From assembly GCA_963772365.1 (NCBI GenBank), contig CAVYXA010000001.1, forward strand, positions 1,696,001 to 1,760,000: a DNA stretch of 64,000 bases. The letters run 5' to 3'. Below are positions 31,291-39,608 of this stretch, in pieces (the first letter of the stretch is position 1; each line of letters begins with the position of its first letter). The position numbers and the translations under genes were made by a program. Below the pieces are notes generated by a model. The model did no database searches and was not told the DNA's origin. It saw only the letters and a list, made by a program, of their open reading frames with translations. The DNA comes from an uncultured Verrucomicrobiae bacterium. GTDB taxonomy: Bacteria > Verrucomicrobiota > Verrucomicrobiia > Chthoniobacterales > UBA10450.

Positions 31291-31493
31291 ATAGGGGTCA
31301 GGCATCAATTCTTGACAAGCAGCACTGGGGTGATAAAACTACCGGGCGAGTCTGGAACGGCAGGCGCACGATGAAGAGCGCAGCGAATATGAGCCAGCAG
31401 CTGCGTCGGCACCGGCCAAAATCGAAGCGATCGGATATCCCAGCTTCACTGCATAAATGGCTCTCTTCAGTCAAGAATTGATGCCTGACCCTA
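31291..31493 (+). mobile_element. Second complete mini-copy (MITE-like, about 200 bp)
   Basis: Left end 31291-31316, same first junction as the 31020 copy, second deletion at an ATG microhomology, right end 31470-31493. Confidence 0.9.
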
Positions 31494-31576
31494 CTCTTCC
31501 TACTCTTGACCCGTATTCTTTCTCTCCTAAGTTCGTTTCGACGAGCCGCCAAAACCAGCACGCGAGGGCGCGTGCG

Positions 31577-31849
31577 CTACCCTAACGAACCGAATAGCAA
31601 TCCTAGGCCGTAGGTGACGACGGCGACGATGACGCCGATCCAGGTCATTTCCAGGCCGGAAGCCCACCAGGAGCGGATCGTGATTAGTGATTTTAAGGCG
31701 CCGACGGCAAAATGGGCGAGCAGACTAATCGCAAATGACTCGAGCACGGCGTCGAGTCCGCCGGAGAAAAAGAATGGAATGATCGGAACGAATGCACCGA
31801 TCGCGGTGGAAATTGCGGCCGAGAATGCTGACGTCCAATAATTCGGAAT
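31577..31849 (-). pseudogene. 3' fragment of a VIT1/CCC1-family transporter gene
   Basis: Minus-strand translation WTSAFSAAISTAIGAFVPIIPFFF...HFAVGALKSLITIRSWWASGLEM...TYGLGLLFG; 5' end cut at the element's left-end flank. Confidence 0.8.
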
Positions 31850-31854
31850 AGAGA

Positions 31855-32971
31855 ATAGGGGTCAGGCATCAATTCTTGACAGGATAGAGTTAGGGTAGTA
31901 GTGAAGGCGAGTGGCGCGCAGTATTCGAATCGAGTCTCCCGGTGCTTTCTATCACGTGATGGCGCGTGGGAATCGGCGGGAAGCGATTTTCCGGAGCGAG
32001 GCGGACCGGCAACTGTTTCTCAGGACGCTAGGGGAAGTGTGCGCCATGACCGGCTGGCGCGTTCACGCCTGGGTATTGATGAGTAATCATTATCATCTAT
32101 TTATCGAGACGCCGGAAGCAAACCTGGTGGCCGGGATGCAATGGCTCCAAAATACATTCACTCGCCGCTTCAACACGCGGCATCGAGTTTGGGGCAGGCT
32201 CTTTGGAGATCGTTACAAGGCGGTGGTAGTGGAAGGAAAAAGCGGTTATTACTATGAGACGCTGCTGGATTACATTCATCTCAACCCGGTGCGGGCCAAG
32301 CTGGTGCAGCCGCGGCGCAAGCAAAGCGTGCTGGATTACAAGTGGAGTAGCGTAGCCGGAGGACATGCCTTGCCTGGGTCTAAGCGCGGTAAATGGCTGG
32401 CTTCAGAAGCGGCCTTGGCGGCATTTGGATGCCGGGATACGGCGAGCGGTCGGCGCAAGTGGGTGGAACGGCTGGATCGGCGCGCGGTGGAAGAGGAAGC
32501 GCAAAAGTGCGGTCTGATTGGGTTGCCCAAAGAAATGGACGCGCGCTGCAGTCATTTGCGACGAGGCTGGTACTGGGGCAGCCAGGCTTTTGCCGAGAAG
32601 ATGCTGAAGTTGGCTGGAGGAGCGCTCAAGCGAGATCGCAATCGAATCTACCGGGCGAGTCTGGAACGGCAGGCGCACGATGTCTCCAGAGCGGAGCAAC
32701 TGTTGGAGGAAGGCCTGCGAGCGGCTGGAATCACGCGGCAAGAATTACCCAAGCTTTCCGGAGCCGATGCCCGCAAGGTTTGTATTGCAAAGGTGATTTG
32801 GGAGCAGACGGTGGTGTCACAAAAATGGTTGGCGGACCGACTTGGAATGAAGAGCGCAGCGAACGTGAGCCAGCAGCTGCGTCGGCACCGGCCAAAATCG
32901 AAGCGATCGGATATCCCGGCTTCACTGCATAAATGGCTCTCTTCAGTCAAGAATTGATGCCTGACCCCTAT
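31855..32971 (+). mobile_element. Full-length Y1/HUH element with 26-bp inverted hairpin ends (ATAGGGGTCAGGCATCAATTCTTGAC)
   Basis: Ends at 31855-31880 and 32946-32971 are exact reverse complements; TTGACA formed at the left end; transposase stop lies inside the right end. Confidence 0.9.
31911..32957 (+). CDS. REP-associated/IS200-like Y1 tyrosine transposase with C-terminal HTH
   Basis: YHVMARGNRR, LMSNHYHL (HUH), LFGDRYKA, YIHLNPVRA (catalytic Tyr), YKWSS; C-terminal SQKWLADRLGM HTH-like segment. Confidence 0.92.
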   Translation: MARSIRIESPGAFYHVMARGNRREAIFRSEADRQLFLRTLGEVCAMTGWRVHAWVLMSNHYHLFIETPEANLVAGMQWLQNTFTRRFNTRHRVWGRLFGDRYKAVVVEGKSGYYYETLLDYIHLNPVRAKLVQPRRKQSVLDYKWSSVAGGHALPGSKRGKWLASEAALAAFGCRDTASGRRKWVERLDRRAVEEEAQKCGLIGLPKEMDARCSHLRRGWYWGSQAFAEKMLKLAGGALKRDRNRIYRASLERQAHDVSRAEQLLEEGLRAAGITRQELPKLSGADARKVCIAKVIWEQTVVSQKWLADRLGMKSAANVSQQLRRHRPKSKRSDIPASLHKWLSSVKN

Positions 32972-32974
32972 TCT

Positions 32975-33464
32975 CCTATTCTCCCTGAATGCTGCTCGCG
33001 CCGACGAATGAAAAACGTGCTGATGGCTCCAGGCGCCAATCCCGTAGCATCCACCGCCACGGTGCTTTTAGGATTGTCCGACCCAGGCTGGCGGCTTTGA
33101 AAACGACGCACCACCTCGGCCAAAACTTGGGAAATTACTTGTTCCTCCAAACGCAACATAAACCGAAAGAGCGTGCTGTAATCAGGCACAACAGGGAGTT
33201 CGAGCGCTCGTCTCAACTCACGATGTTCGGCCAGCCGAACTTCCGCCGCGCGGAACGTCCAGTCCTCGTAACGCATTAAACACAAAATGGCCAGTAGTTG
33301 CGGCTGAGTAAAACGCTGTGGCGAAAAACGATGAGTGTAAGCAGGCACAACTTCCCGGCTCACTTCCAACGCCACACGGGCAAACGGCACAAGTCCAACT
33401 TCGCTCATGCCCTCCCTACTTATACACAACAACAGATAGGTACAAGTACCTTTTCAACAGAGCC
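32975..33464 (-). mobile_element. Truncated IS4/IS5-type DDE insertion sequence (left end plus N-terminal transposase part, ATG 33408)
   Basis: FTQPQLLAILCL, VPDYSTL, VAVDATG (first DDE Asp); IR-like GGCTCTGTTGAAAA at 33451-33464 (minus); cut by the Y1 right end. Confidence 0.8.
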
Positions 33465-33496
33465 ACCCGTATTCTTTATTTCCTACAGGAAAGGCG

Positions 33497-34105
33497 ATGA
33501 GTGAGCGAGCGCACCGACCACAACGGCCAGGTGTGAGCTGCAGTGAACGATATAAACGACCTCTATTTTGGACGCGACTCGGCTGCATTCCGCTTCTCGC
33601 ATCCATCCATTTCGTTGCTTGCCTTGAAGCTTTTGCCGGTGTGCATTTCGCGAGCCTCGCGGACGTGAGCCACATTCTCCGCGACGAACGCTTTGAACTT
33701 GTCCACGACGTGCGTCAAATCTCTGCCCGCGATTGGGCCAGCACGGGCGTGCTGCCGCAAGGCCGAAATATTACCTCTTCGATGGTTAATCCCGGGGAGG
33801 CTTACCAGAGCGCCGATTTCGGAACTGGCAAGCTGCCACTTCGCCAGTTGCTCGTCGCGGCCAAAAACGGTGAACACGAGGTCCTTTGCTTCTGGCAGGG
33901 ATCACAGGGAGGTCCTTGGCTCCACGTGATGATGATCGAACGCCGCAAACCGAAGTCGGCCCTCATCTTTTCCGCTATCATGAACAACGATATAGCGCAC
34001 GATAAGTGGACGGGGGCGGAAATAAAGCGACACGTCATCCAGGGAAAGATGGAGATCCTTATTTCAGCGGAGCATCCAGGGGCTTATGATAACAGGCTTC
34101 CGTAG
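33497..34105 (+). CDS. Hypothetical protein (possible orphan immunity protein)
   Basis: 202-aa ORF with AGGA upstream and a hydrophobic segment near the N-terminus; directly followed by an RHS core remnant. Confidence 0.5.
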   Translation: MSERAHRPQRPGVSCSERYKRPLFWTRLGCIPLLASIHFVACLEAFAGVHFASLADVSHILRDERFELVHDVRQISARDWASTGVLPQGRNITSSMVNPGEAYQSADFGTGKLPLRQLLVAAKNGEHEVLCFWQGSQGGPWLHVMMIERRKPKSALIFSAIMNNDIAHDKWTGAEIKRHVIQGKMEILISAEHPGAYDNRLP

Positions 34106-34113
34106 CGCGAGGG

Positions 34114-34220
34114 GTTTTCTCTTCACTGGGAGAGAATACAACTCCCAATTCGGTTTCTACAAGGACAGAGCCCGCGCATATCACCCCGTCCTCGGTCGCT
34201 TCATGAGCGAAGACCCGAAG
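34114..34220 (+). pseudogene. RHS-associated core remnant
   Basis: Translates FLFTGREYNSQFGFYKDRARAYHPVLGRFMSEDPK; absent from the ORF track. Confidence 0.85.
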
Positions 34221-34308
34221 ATGCACTATCGAAAGCCGCCACCATAGAATCTCTCTGCTCGACATCGGCTCGACCCTCGTTCAAGATCGACATCGAACCT
34301 TCGCGCTT

Positions 34309-34707
34309 ATGAGACAAATACCAAAAACCGACCTTTCACCGGATAACGGCTGCATCATCGATACCAAATGGAAACTTGGACCGCTCAGTTATTACGCTTC
34401 GGCGGCTGGCAAAGTTCAAGCGCCGCTTATCACGGAACACGTCCGCCTACCGGAGCTGATTGTGTACGACCACATCGGGTTCAAAGGCGCTTATGCCCGA
34501 ACGAACCTGAGTTTCCATTACGTCGGCGATTTCTGGAATGACAGGATCAGTTGCGTGATCATAGTCACCGGCGTCTGGCGATTCTATCGCGACGAATACT
34601 ACAAGGGTGATTATTGGGATCTCGGGCCAGGATATTACGAGAGCTTTTTCACTGAGAAAGGTCCTGACGACGTGGTCAGCTCTTTTCAAGCGATCGCCCT
34701 TACGTAG
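34309..34707 (+). CDS. Beta/gamma-crystallin-domain protein
   Basis: VYDHIGFKG...WNDRISCV...GVWRFYRDEYYKG...LGPGYY...DDVVSSF. Confidence 0.8.
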   Translation: MRQIPKTDLSPDNGCIIDTKWKLGPLSYYASAAGKVQAPLITEHVRLPELIVYDHIGFKGAYARTNLSFHYVGDFWNDRISCVIIVTGVWRFYRDEYYKGDYWDLGPGYYESFFTEKGPDDVVSSFQAIALT

Positions 34708-34764
34708 TTCAACGACTAGGGAGTAATCGTGCGTCTGCTCGGGTGGTTTACGTAGTTTCCTCCC

Positions 34765-36549
34765 ATGGGCCGAGTTCTATTGATCGCTGCAGTCGGTTTG
34801 CCTCTCTGTGCTGCCACCGGTCAAATCGATCGGATCACGGGAAAAAACTTCGCCACGCGTTCGCCAGTTCTCGCCCGGCACGGAATGGTTTGCACGAGTG
34901 TGCCCGCGGCCACGCAAGTTGGGATCGATATTCTTAAACGCGGGGGGAGCGCTGTCGATGCTGCGATCGCCGCGAATGCAACGCTCGGTTTGATGGAGCC
35001 GGTCTCGAATGGAGTTGGCGGCGATCTGTTCGCCATCATTTACAGCGCGAAAGAGAACAAGCTATATGGAATTAACGGCAGCGGACGCTCGCCACTCGGC
35101 TTGAGCTACCAACAAATGAGAGCCCAGCTGGAAAAATTACAAATGTCACCCTCCCCTCAATCCTCTCCCTCGGGGAGGGAGAGGCGGACGCGAAGCGGCG
35201 GTGAGGGTTCGTTGAAAATCCCGCCGCGCGGGATGCTCCCGATCAGCGTGCCCGGTTGTGTTGATACCTGGGCCGAACTCCACAAGAAATTCGGCAAACT
35301 AAAACTGAGCGACGATCTCGCTCCGGCCGTTCGTTATGCCGAGGAAGGTTTTCCCGTCACCCAGTTGATCGCATATTATTGGTCGTTCGGGCCGCGTCTC
35401 TACAAGGGATTACCGGGCGCATTTTTCGAAATATACACGCTCGATGGCAAAGGCCGGACGCCGGGCGAAGGTGACATTTTCAAAAATCCGGCGCTGGCCC
35501 ACACTTTGCGATTGATCGGCGAGAACGGCCGCGACGTTTTTTACAAAGGCGAGATTGCAGACAAGATCGACAAGTTCATGCGCGAGAATGGTGGTTTTCT
35601 GCGCAAGATCGATTTCGAAAAACACACCTCGACCTGGGTCGAGCCCGTGTCCGTGAACTATCGTGGGTACGATGTATTCGAGCTTCCGCCGAACGGGCAG
35701 GGAATCGCTGCGCTGCAAATGCTGAACATTCTTGAAGGATTCGATCTGCGCGCCATGGGCCGCAATTCACCCGACGCGCTTCACACCATGGTCGAAGCCA
35801 AGAAAATCGTCTGGGCGGACCGCGCGAAATATTATGCCGATCCCGCGTTTGCCAAAATTCCGCTGAAGAGATTGCTCTCGAAGGAATATGCTGCCGAGCG
35901 TCGAAAACTAATCGACCCGATGCATGCCGCGAAAACTGTGGCCCCGGGTAAGATCGACAATGGCGACACGATTTACATGTGCGCCGCCGATGACGAGGGA
36001 AACATGGTGTCGTTAATCCAAAGCAATTATCGCGGCATGGGCAGTGGGATTGTCGTGCCGGGCTTGGGATTCATGTTTCAGGATCGAGGTGAACTTTTCT
36101 CGATGGAGCCTGGCCACGCCAATGTGTACGCACCTGGTAAGCGCCCGTTTCACACGATTATTCCCGGGTTCGTGATGAAGGACGGTAAACCGTGGGAAGC
36201 CTTCGGCGTCATGGGCGGCGGAATGCAGCCGCAAGGCCATGTTCAGGTTCTAACAAATCAAATCGATTTCGGTCTGAACGTTCAGGAAGCAGGCGATGCT
36301 TCTCGGTGGCAACACGAAGGCGCCGACGAACCGACAGGCGAAAAAATGGAGAACGGCGGCTACGTGGAAGTAGAGAGCGGAATCCCTTACGAAAGCGTGC
36401 GCGAATTAAAAAAGCGCGGGCACGATGTTCGTTTCGACGTCGGTGGGTACGGTGGTTATCAGGCCATCAAGGTGGAGATGCACAATGGGCAGCGCGTTTA
36501 CGCCGGAGCCAGCGAATCGCGGAAGGACGGCCAGGCCGCCGGTTACTAG
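34765..36549 (+). CDS. ggt: Gamma-glutamyltransferase family protein
   Basis: GGSAVDAAIA, NGVGGDLF, ELPPNGQG, DTIY (Thr nucleophile), PGKRPFHTIIPG, MGGGMQPQGH; palindromic in-frame insert. Confidence 0.93.
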   Translation: MGRVLLIAAVGLPLCAATGQIDRITGKNFATRSPVLARHGMVCTSVPAATQVGIDILKRGGSAVDAAIAANATLGLMEPVSNGVGGDLFAIIYSAKENKLYGINGSGRSPLGLSYQQMRAQLEKLQMSPSPQSSPSGRERRTRSGGEGSLKIPPRGMLPISVPGCVDTWAELHKKFGKLKLSDDLAPAVRYAEEGFPVTQLIAYYWSFGPRLYKGLPGAFFEIYTLDGKGRTPGEGDIFKNPALAHTLRLIGENGRDVFYKGEIADKIDKFMRENGGFLRKIDFEKHTSTWVEPVSVNYRGYDVFELPPNGQGIAALQMLNILEGFDLRAMGRNSPDALHTMVEAKKIVWADRAKYYADPAFAKIPLKRLLSKEYAAERRKLIDPMHAAKTVAPGKIDNGDTIYMCAADDEGNMVSLIQSNYRGMGSGIVVPGLGFMFQDRGELFSMEPGHANVYAPGKRPFHTIIPGFVMKDGKPWEAFGVMGGGMQPQGHVQVLTNQIDFGLNVQEAGDASRWQHEGADEPTGEKMENGGYVEVESGIPYESVRELKKRGHDVRFDVGGYGGYQAIKVEMHNGQRVYAGASESRKDGQAAGY

Positions 36550-36623
36550 CTGGAACTCCGATAAACACCACTCCAATCTGCCAGCCATTGTATTCTTGAC
36601 GTTCGCGCACGGAATTGAGAATA

Positions 36624-37322
36624 ATGGCCGGCATGAAGACTCTCCGCGTTCGCTCGATTGCTCTTTTACTGGGAGTGCTGGTTGTCTCGACGCTTAATCG
36701 GGCGCAAGCCGATACCGTCCTTGCTGAGAATACTCCCCACGTCGCCTTCAACGTCATACCTTTTTCAATGGATTCAGGCGCCGGCCGATATCAGGAAGTC
36801 TATTCCTCATCCCTGTTCAGCAGCCCGGTTCTGATCACGTCGCTGGCATTTTCTCCCCAAGACACCGCTTTCTACTCAGCAAATGTCGATCTTCGAATGA
36901 CCACCACAATGGTGAGCGTAGGAGGCCTGTCTCCGGACCTCGATTCGAACTTCACCGTCCCGCTCACGACCGTTTATTCCAACCCGACCTTTTCCCAGAA
37001 CGTCACCGGTGGGTCGGAAACCTTCAGTCTCGTATTCAACTTCACCACCCCTTTCTTGTACGACCCGGCACAGGGAAACCTGCTGTTCGACCTGGTGATT
37101 AGCGACCAAAACAGTTCGCTGGCTTTCTCCCGGTGCGGTGACGGCGCCATTCTCTCCAGAGCCTATGATACTGCGGGTTTCGGCAATGGCGCTGACGGCG
37201 TCGGACTGCGTACCTTGATCGGATATCAGGCCGTTCCGGAGCCGGGAACCTTTGTGCTTCTCGGGACTGGCTTGATTGGCCTGGCTGCCACATTGCGTCG
37301 CACGTTGATGCCTAAGCATTAG
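36624..37322 (+). CDS. PEP-CTERM exported protein
   Basis: Signal peptide; C-terminal VPEPGTFVLLGTGLIGLAATLRR. Confidence 0.88.
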   Translation: MAGMKTLRVRSIALLLGVLVVSTLNRAQADTVLAENTPHVAFNVIPFSMDSGAGRYQEVYSSSLFSSPVLITSLAFSPQDTAFYSANVDLRMTTTMVSVGGLSPDLDSNFTVPLTTVYSNPTFSQNVTGGSETFSLVFNFTTPFLYDPAQGNLLFDLVISDQNSSLAFSRCGDGAILSRAYDTAGFGNGADGVGLRTLIGYQAVPEPGTFVLLGTGLIGLAATLRRTLMPKH

Positions 37323-37444
37323 CAGCTCGGCTATAATTTTCTTACACGAACACTGATTTGGCCGTTCGCTTTCTTCGCGACTGTTGTACGACGCCGCAAA
37401 GATCGGATTGCACCGCGGCTTGATTGCCATGTTAGGATCGCCTA

Positions 37445-37846
37445 ATGGCAAACTCAAATGCACTTCACGCGTCGCAAATTTTAGTCTCGGCCTTTCTCGC
37501 AATCTGTTTTCTCCAGTCCGGGCTGGATAAAATTTTCGACTGGCGGGGAAATCTCGAGTTCTTGAGTGGCCATTTTACGAAAACCCCGCTTGCCGGCATG
37601 GCGCCACTACTCATGTTTGTTATCACGATCCTCGAGACCGCCGCCGGGATCCTCAGCGCTATTGGCTGCATCGTGCTCATCATCTCCGACAATTCCACTG
37701 TTGCCCTGTCGGGCGCATTTGTGGCGGCGTTGTCGATCCTCGCCCTGTTTTTTGGTCAGCGGGTGGCAAAGGACTATCCCGGCGCATCGGTGCTCGCATC
37801 TTATTTTCTGGTGGCGCTAGCCGGGATCTATTTGCTCGGCTTGTAA
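37445..37846 (+). CDS. DoxX family membrane protein
   Basis: FLQSGLDKIFDW, FFGQRVAKDY; four hydrophobic segments. Confidence 0.85.
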   Translation: MANSNALHASQILVSAFLAICFLQSGLDKIFDWRGNLEFLSGHFTKTPLAGMAPLLMFVITILETAAGILSAIGCIVLIISDNSTVALSGAFVAALSILALFFGQRVAKDYPGASVLASYFLVALAGIYLLGL

Positions 37847-37959
37847 ACCGGCGCCGCGATCTTTTTGCTTAAACCATTTCGGATCGTCACGTAACCGTGA
37901 CAGAATTTTGACAATTCGTCACCTGACGCTGGATCGGCAGCGCGTAGGGAAGCCACATC

Positions 37960-38187
37960 ATGAGCTTCATCACGCTTTCGAAAGAGCGAACTCGATCAAC
38001 GGTTACCAGACGATCCCTGCTTCTCAGGTCGTTCCGCGGGATATCGCGGCGCTACTTGAATGATGAACGGCACTGGCAATTTGCGTGGGAAGCACTCTTT
38101 TTTGCCACGCTAATCCTGATTTCGATCTGGCCAATTTGCGCTGCCGCCAGCGCGTTGGCGGAGCTTTTACAACAAGTTCCCAACTGA
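37960..38187 (+). CDS. Small membrane hypothetical protein
   Basis: 75-aa ORF with one hydrophobic segment and GGGA upstream. Confidence 0.55.
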   Translation: MSFITLSKERTRSTVTRRSLLLRSFRGISRRYLNDERHWQFAWEALFFATLILISIWPICAAASALAELLQQVPN

Positions 38188-38198
38188 CGGGCAGCTCT

Positions 38199-38756
38199 TT
38201 AGGAGGAGAATTTTACGTAAACTGCGACCAGCGGATAGAAACAGGCATTTTTGGAGAAATAATCGCTCACAAAACCGTCTTTTGTTCGAATCTCGACATG
38301 GCCGCCACCCTCTTTGGTGCCATACACCAGTACTGCACCGACCGGGGCGGAATATGGATTGTGCACTTGCAAACGTCGAAAGCCGTAGCGGTGCACCAGT
38401 TCATCACCTGCTTCAACTGCCCAGACAGTTTCCGGATAGGAATCGACCGCGCCCGCGGCTAACAACGCTTCCTTAACGTAATGCCAGCAGCGAAGTTGCG
38501 ACCGCGCGTTGGCATGTTCCTCCGCGATCGTAGCGGCCTTCACGAGTTTCGGGTCCAATCGTGGATCAATATGCGCGAATGGATGATCGATTTGCTTCTT
38601 CCAGTAATGGCGAATGATGCGCGCAGAAGTGACTCTGCCGGCTTCGTCCTTGTAGACAAACCGCGTTTTCGAATCGCTCATTCCGGCGGCACGAAGCGCG
38701 CCAGCTGAAAACACCAGACAAACAGCAAAAAAAGTTAAACACGAGAACCGAGCCAC
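38199..38756 (-). CDS. Exported CHAP/NlpC-like putative peptidoglycan amidase
   Basis: Signal peptide; CWHYVKEAL...GAVLVY...GHVEI Cys/His pair. Confidence 0.65.
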   Translation of the reverse strand: MARFSCLTFFAVCLVFSAGALRAAGMSDSKTRFVYKDEAGRVTSARIIRHYWKKQIDHPFAHIDPRLDPKLVKAATIAEEHANARSQLRCWHYVKEALLAAGAVDSYPETVWAVEAGDELVHRYGFRRLQVHNPYSAPVGAVLVYGTKEGGGHVEIRTKDGFVSDYFSKNACFYPLVAVYVKFSS

Positions 38757-38951
38757 GCGGCATTTTCATTGCAATGATTGTGCCATGCTGCAAGTGGAAT
38801 TCCGAAAAAAATTCCCGACCGCAAACCATTGTCTGATTTGGACTTTCTACGCGGCGCATGCAACCGGAGCGACATCCGGGCGCGATCTGTTAGCAGAGAA
38901 CTCCCCTCGTAGGATTTCGATAAAATTTCGGCAGGTGCCGGAGAGAGGCAG

Positions 38952-39608
38952 ATGAAACGAGTATTTACCGGAGTCTGGTTTGGCTGTGCCCTCCTAATCG
39001 CGTCTACCGCACACTCGAGCGAACAATCAATCCTCGTCCGAGTTACCGCATACTGGCGCGGGGAAGGCTCCGGCGAACAGGCCGCCTGGAACGGAGCGCG
39101 ATTACGAAATGGTCATTGCGCGGTGGATCCTCGAAAAATTCCCTATGGGAGCAAGATCGTGTTTCCAGACAGAGAGTGTATCGCAGTGGATACGGGAACG
39201 GCGGTGGTCAGCCGCAAATCCGCTCAGCGTTGTGGACGAACGGCCGCCCAGAAAAAAGCGCTCGTCATCGACAGATTTTTCGAAAGCAAACGGGAAGCAA
39301 TCATCTGGTGCAATTCGCATCGAGAATTTCTCACCGTCCGAGTGAAAGATCCGCGGATGCTTTCCGGACGAAAGATCGCGCAGGAAAAAAAAGCTGATCT
39401 AGAAGTTCCGTTTTTGCGGATCGCCGCGCCGGGAAGATGCGAACGAAGCGATTTTTCGCAGAAAACTTTCGACCTCCGCCGGATTGCGAAGCGCAAAATG
39501 TGCAGCGGTTGGGCGCGGCTGCTCCGTCACGATGATGCCGATGCCAGACTCGTCCAGTGCGCGGAAAGCGTCTTCATCGGTGCGATCGTCTCCGATGTAC
39601 ACCAGTAA
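38952..39608 (+). CDS. 3D-domain (MltA-like) exported protein
   Basis: VRVTAY, CAVDPRKIPYGS, AVDTG.AV, VIDRFF; tail overlaps otsB. Confidence 0.8.
   Translation: MKRVFTGVWFGCALLIASTAHSSEQSILVRVTAYWRGEGSGEQAAWNGARLRNGHCAVDPRKIPYGSKIVFPDRECIAVDTGTAVVSRKSAQRCGRTAAQKKALVIDRFFESKREAIIWCNSHREFLTVRVKDPRMLSGRKIAQEKKADLEVPFLRIAAPGRCERSDFSQKTFDLRRIAKRKMCSGWARLLRHDDADARLVQCAESVFIGAIVSDVHQ

Noticed and set aside
30080..32971. Recurrent 26-bp repeat as a CRISPR array
   Set aside because: Copies occur in both orientations, spacing ranges from a few bp to over 1 kb, they bound transposase pieces, and no cas genes are present.
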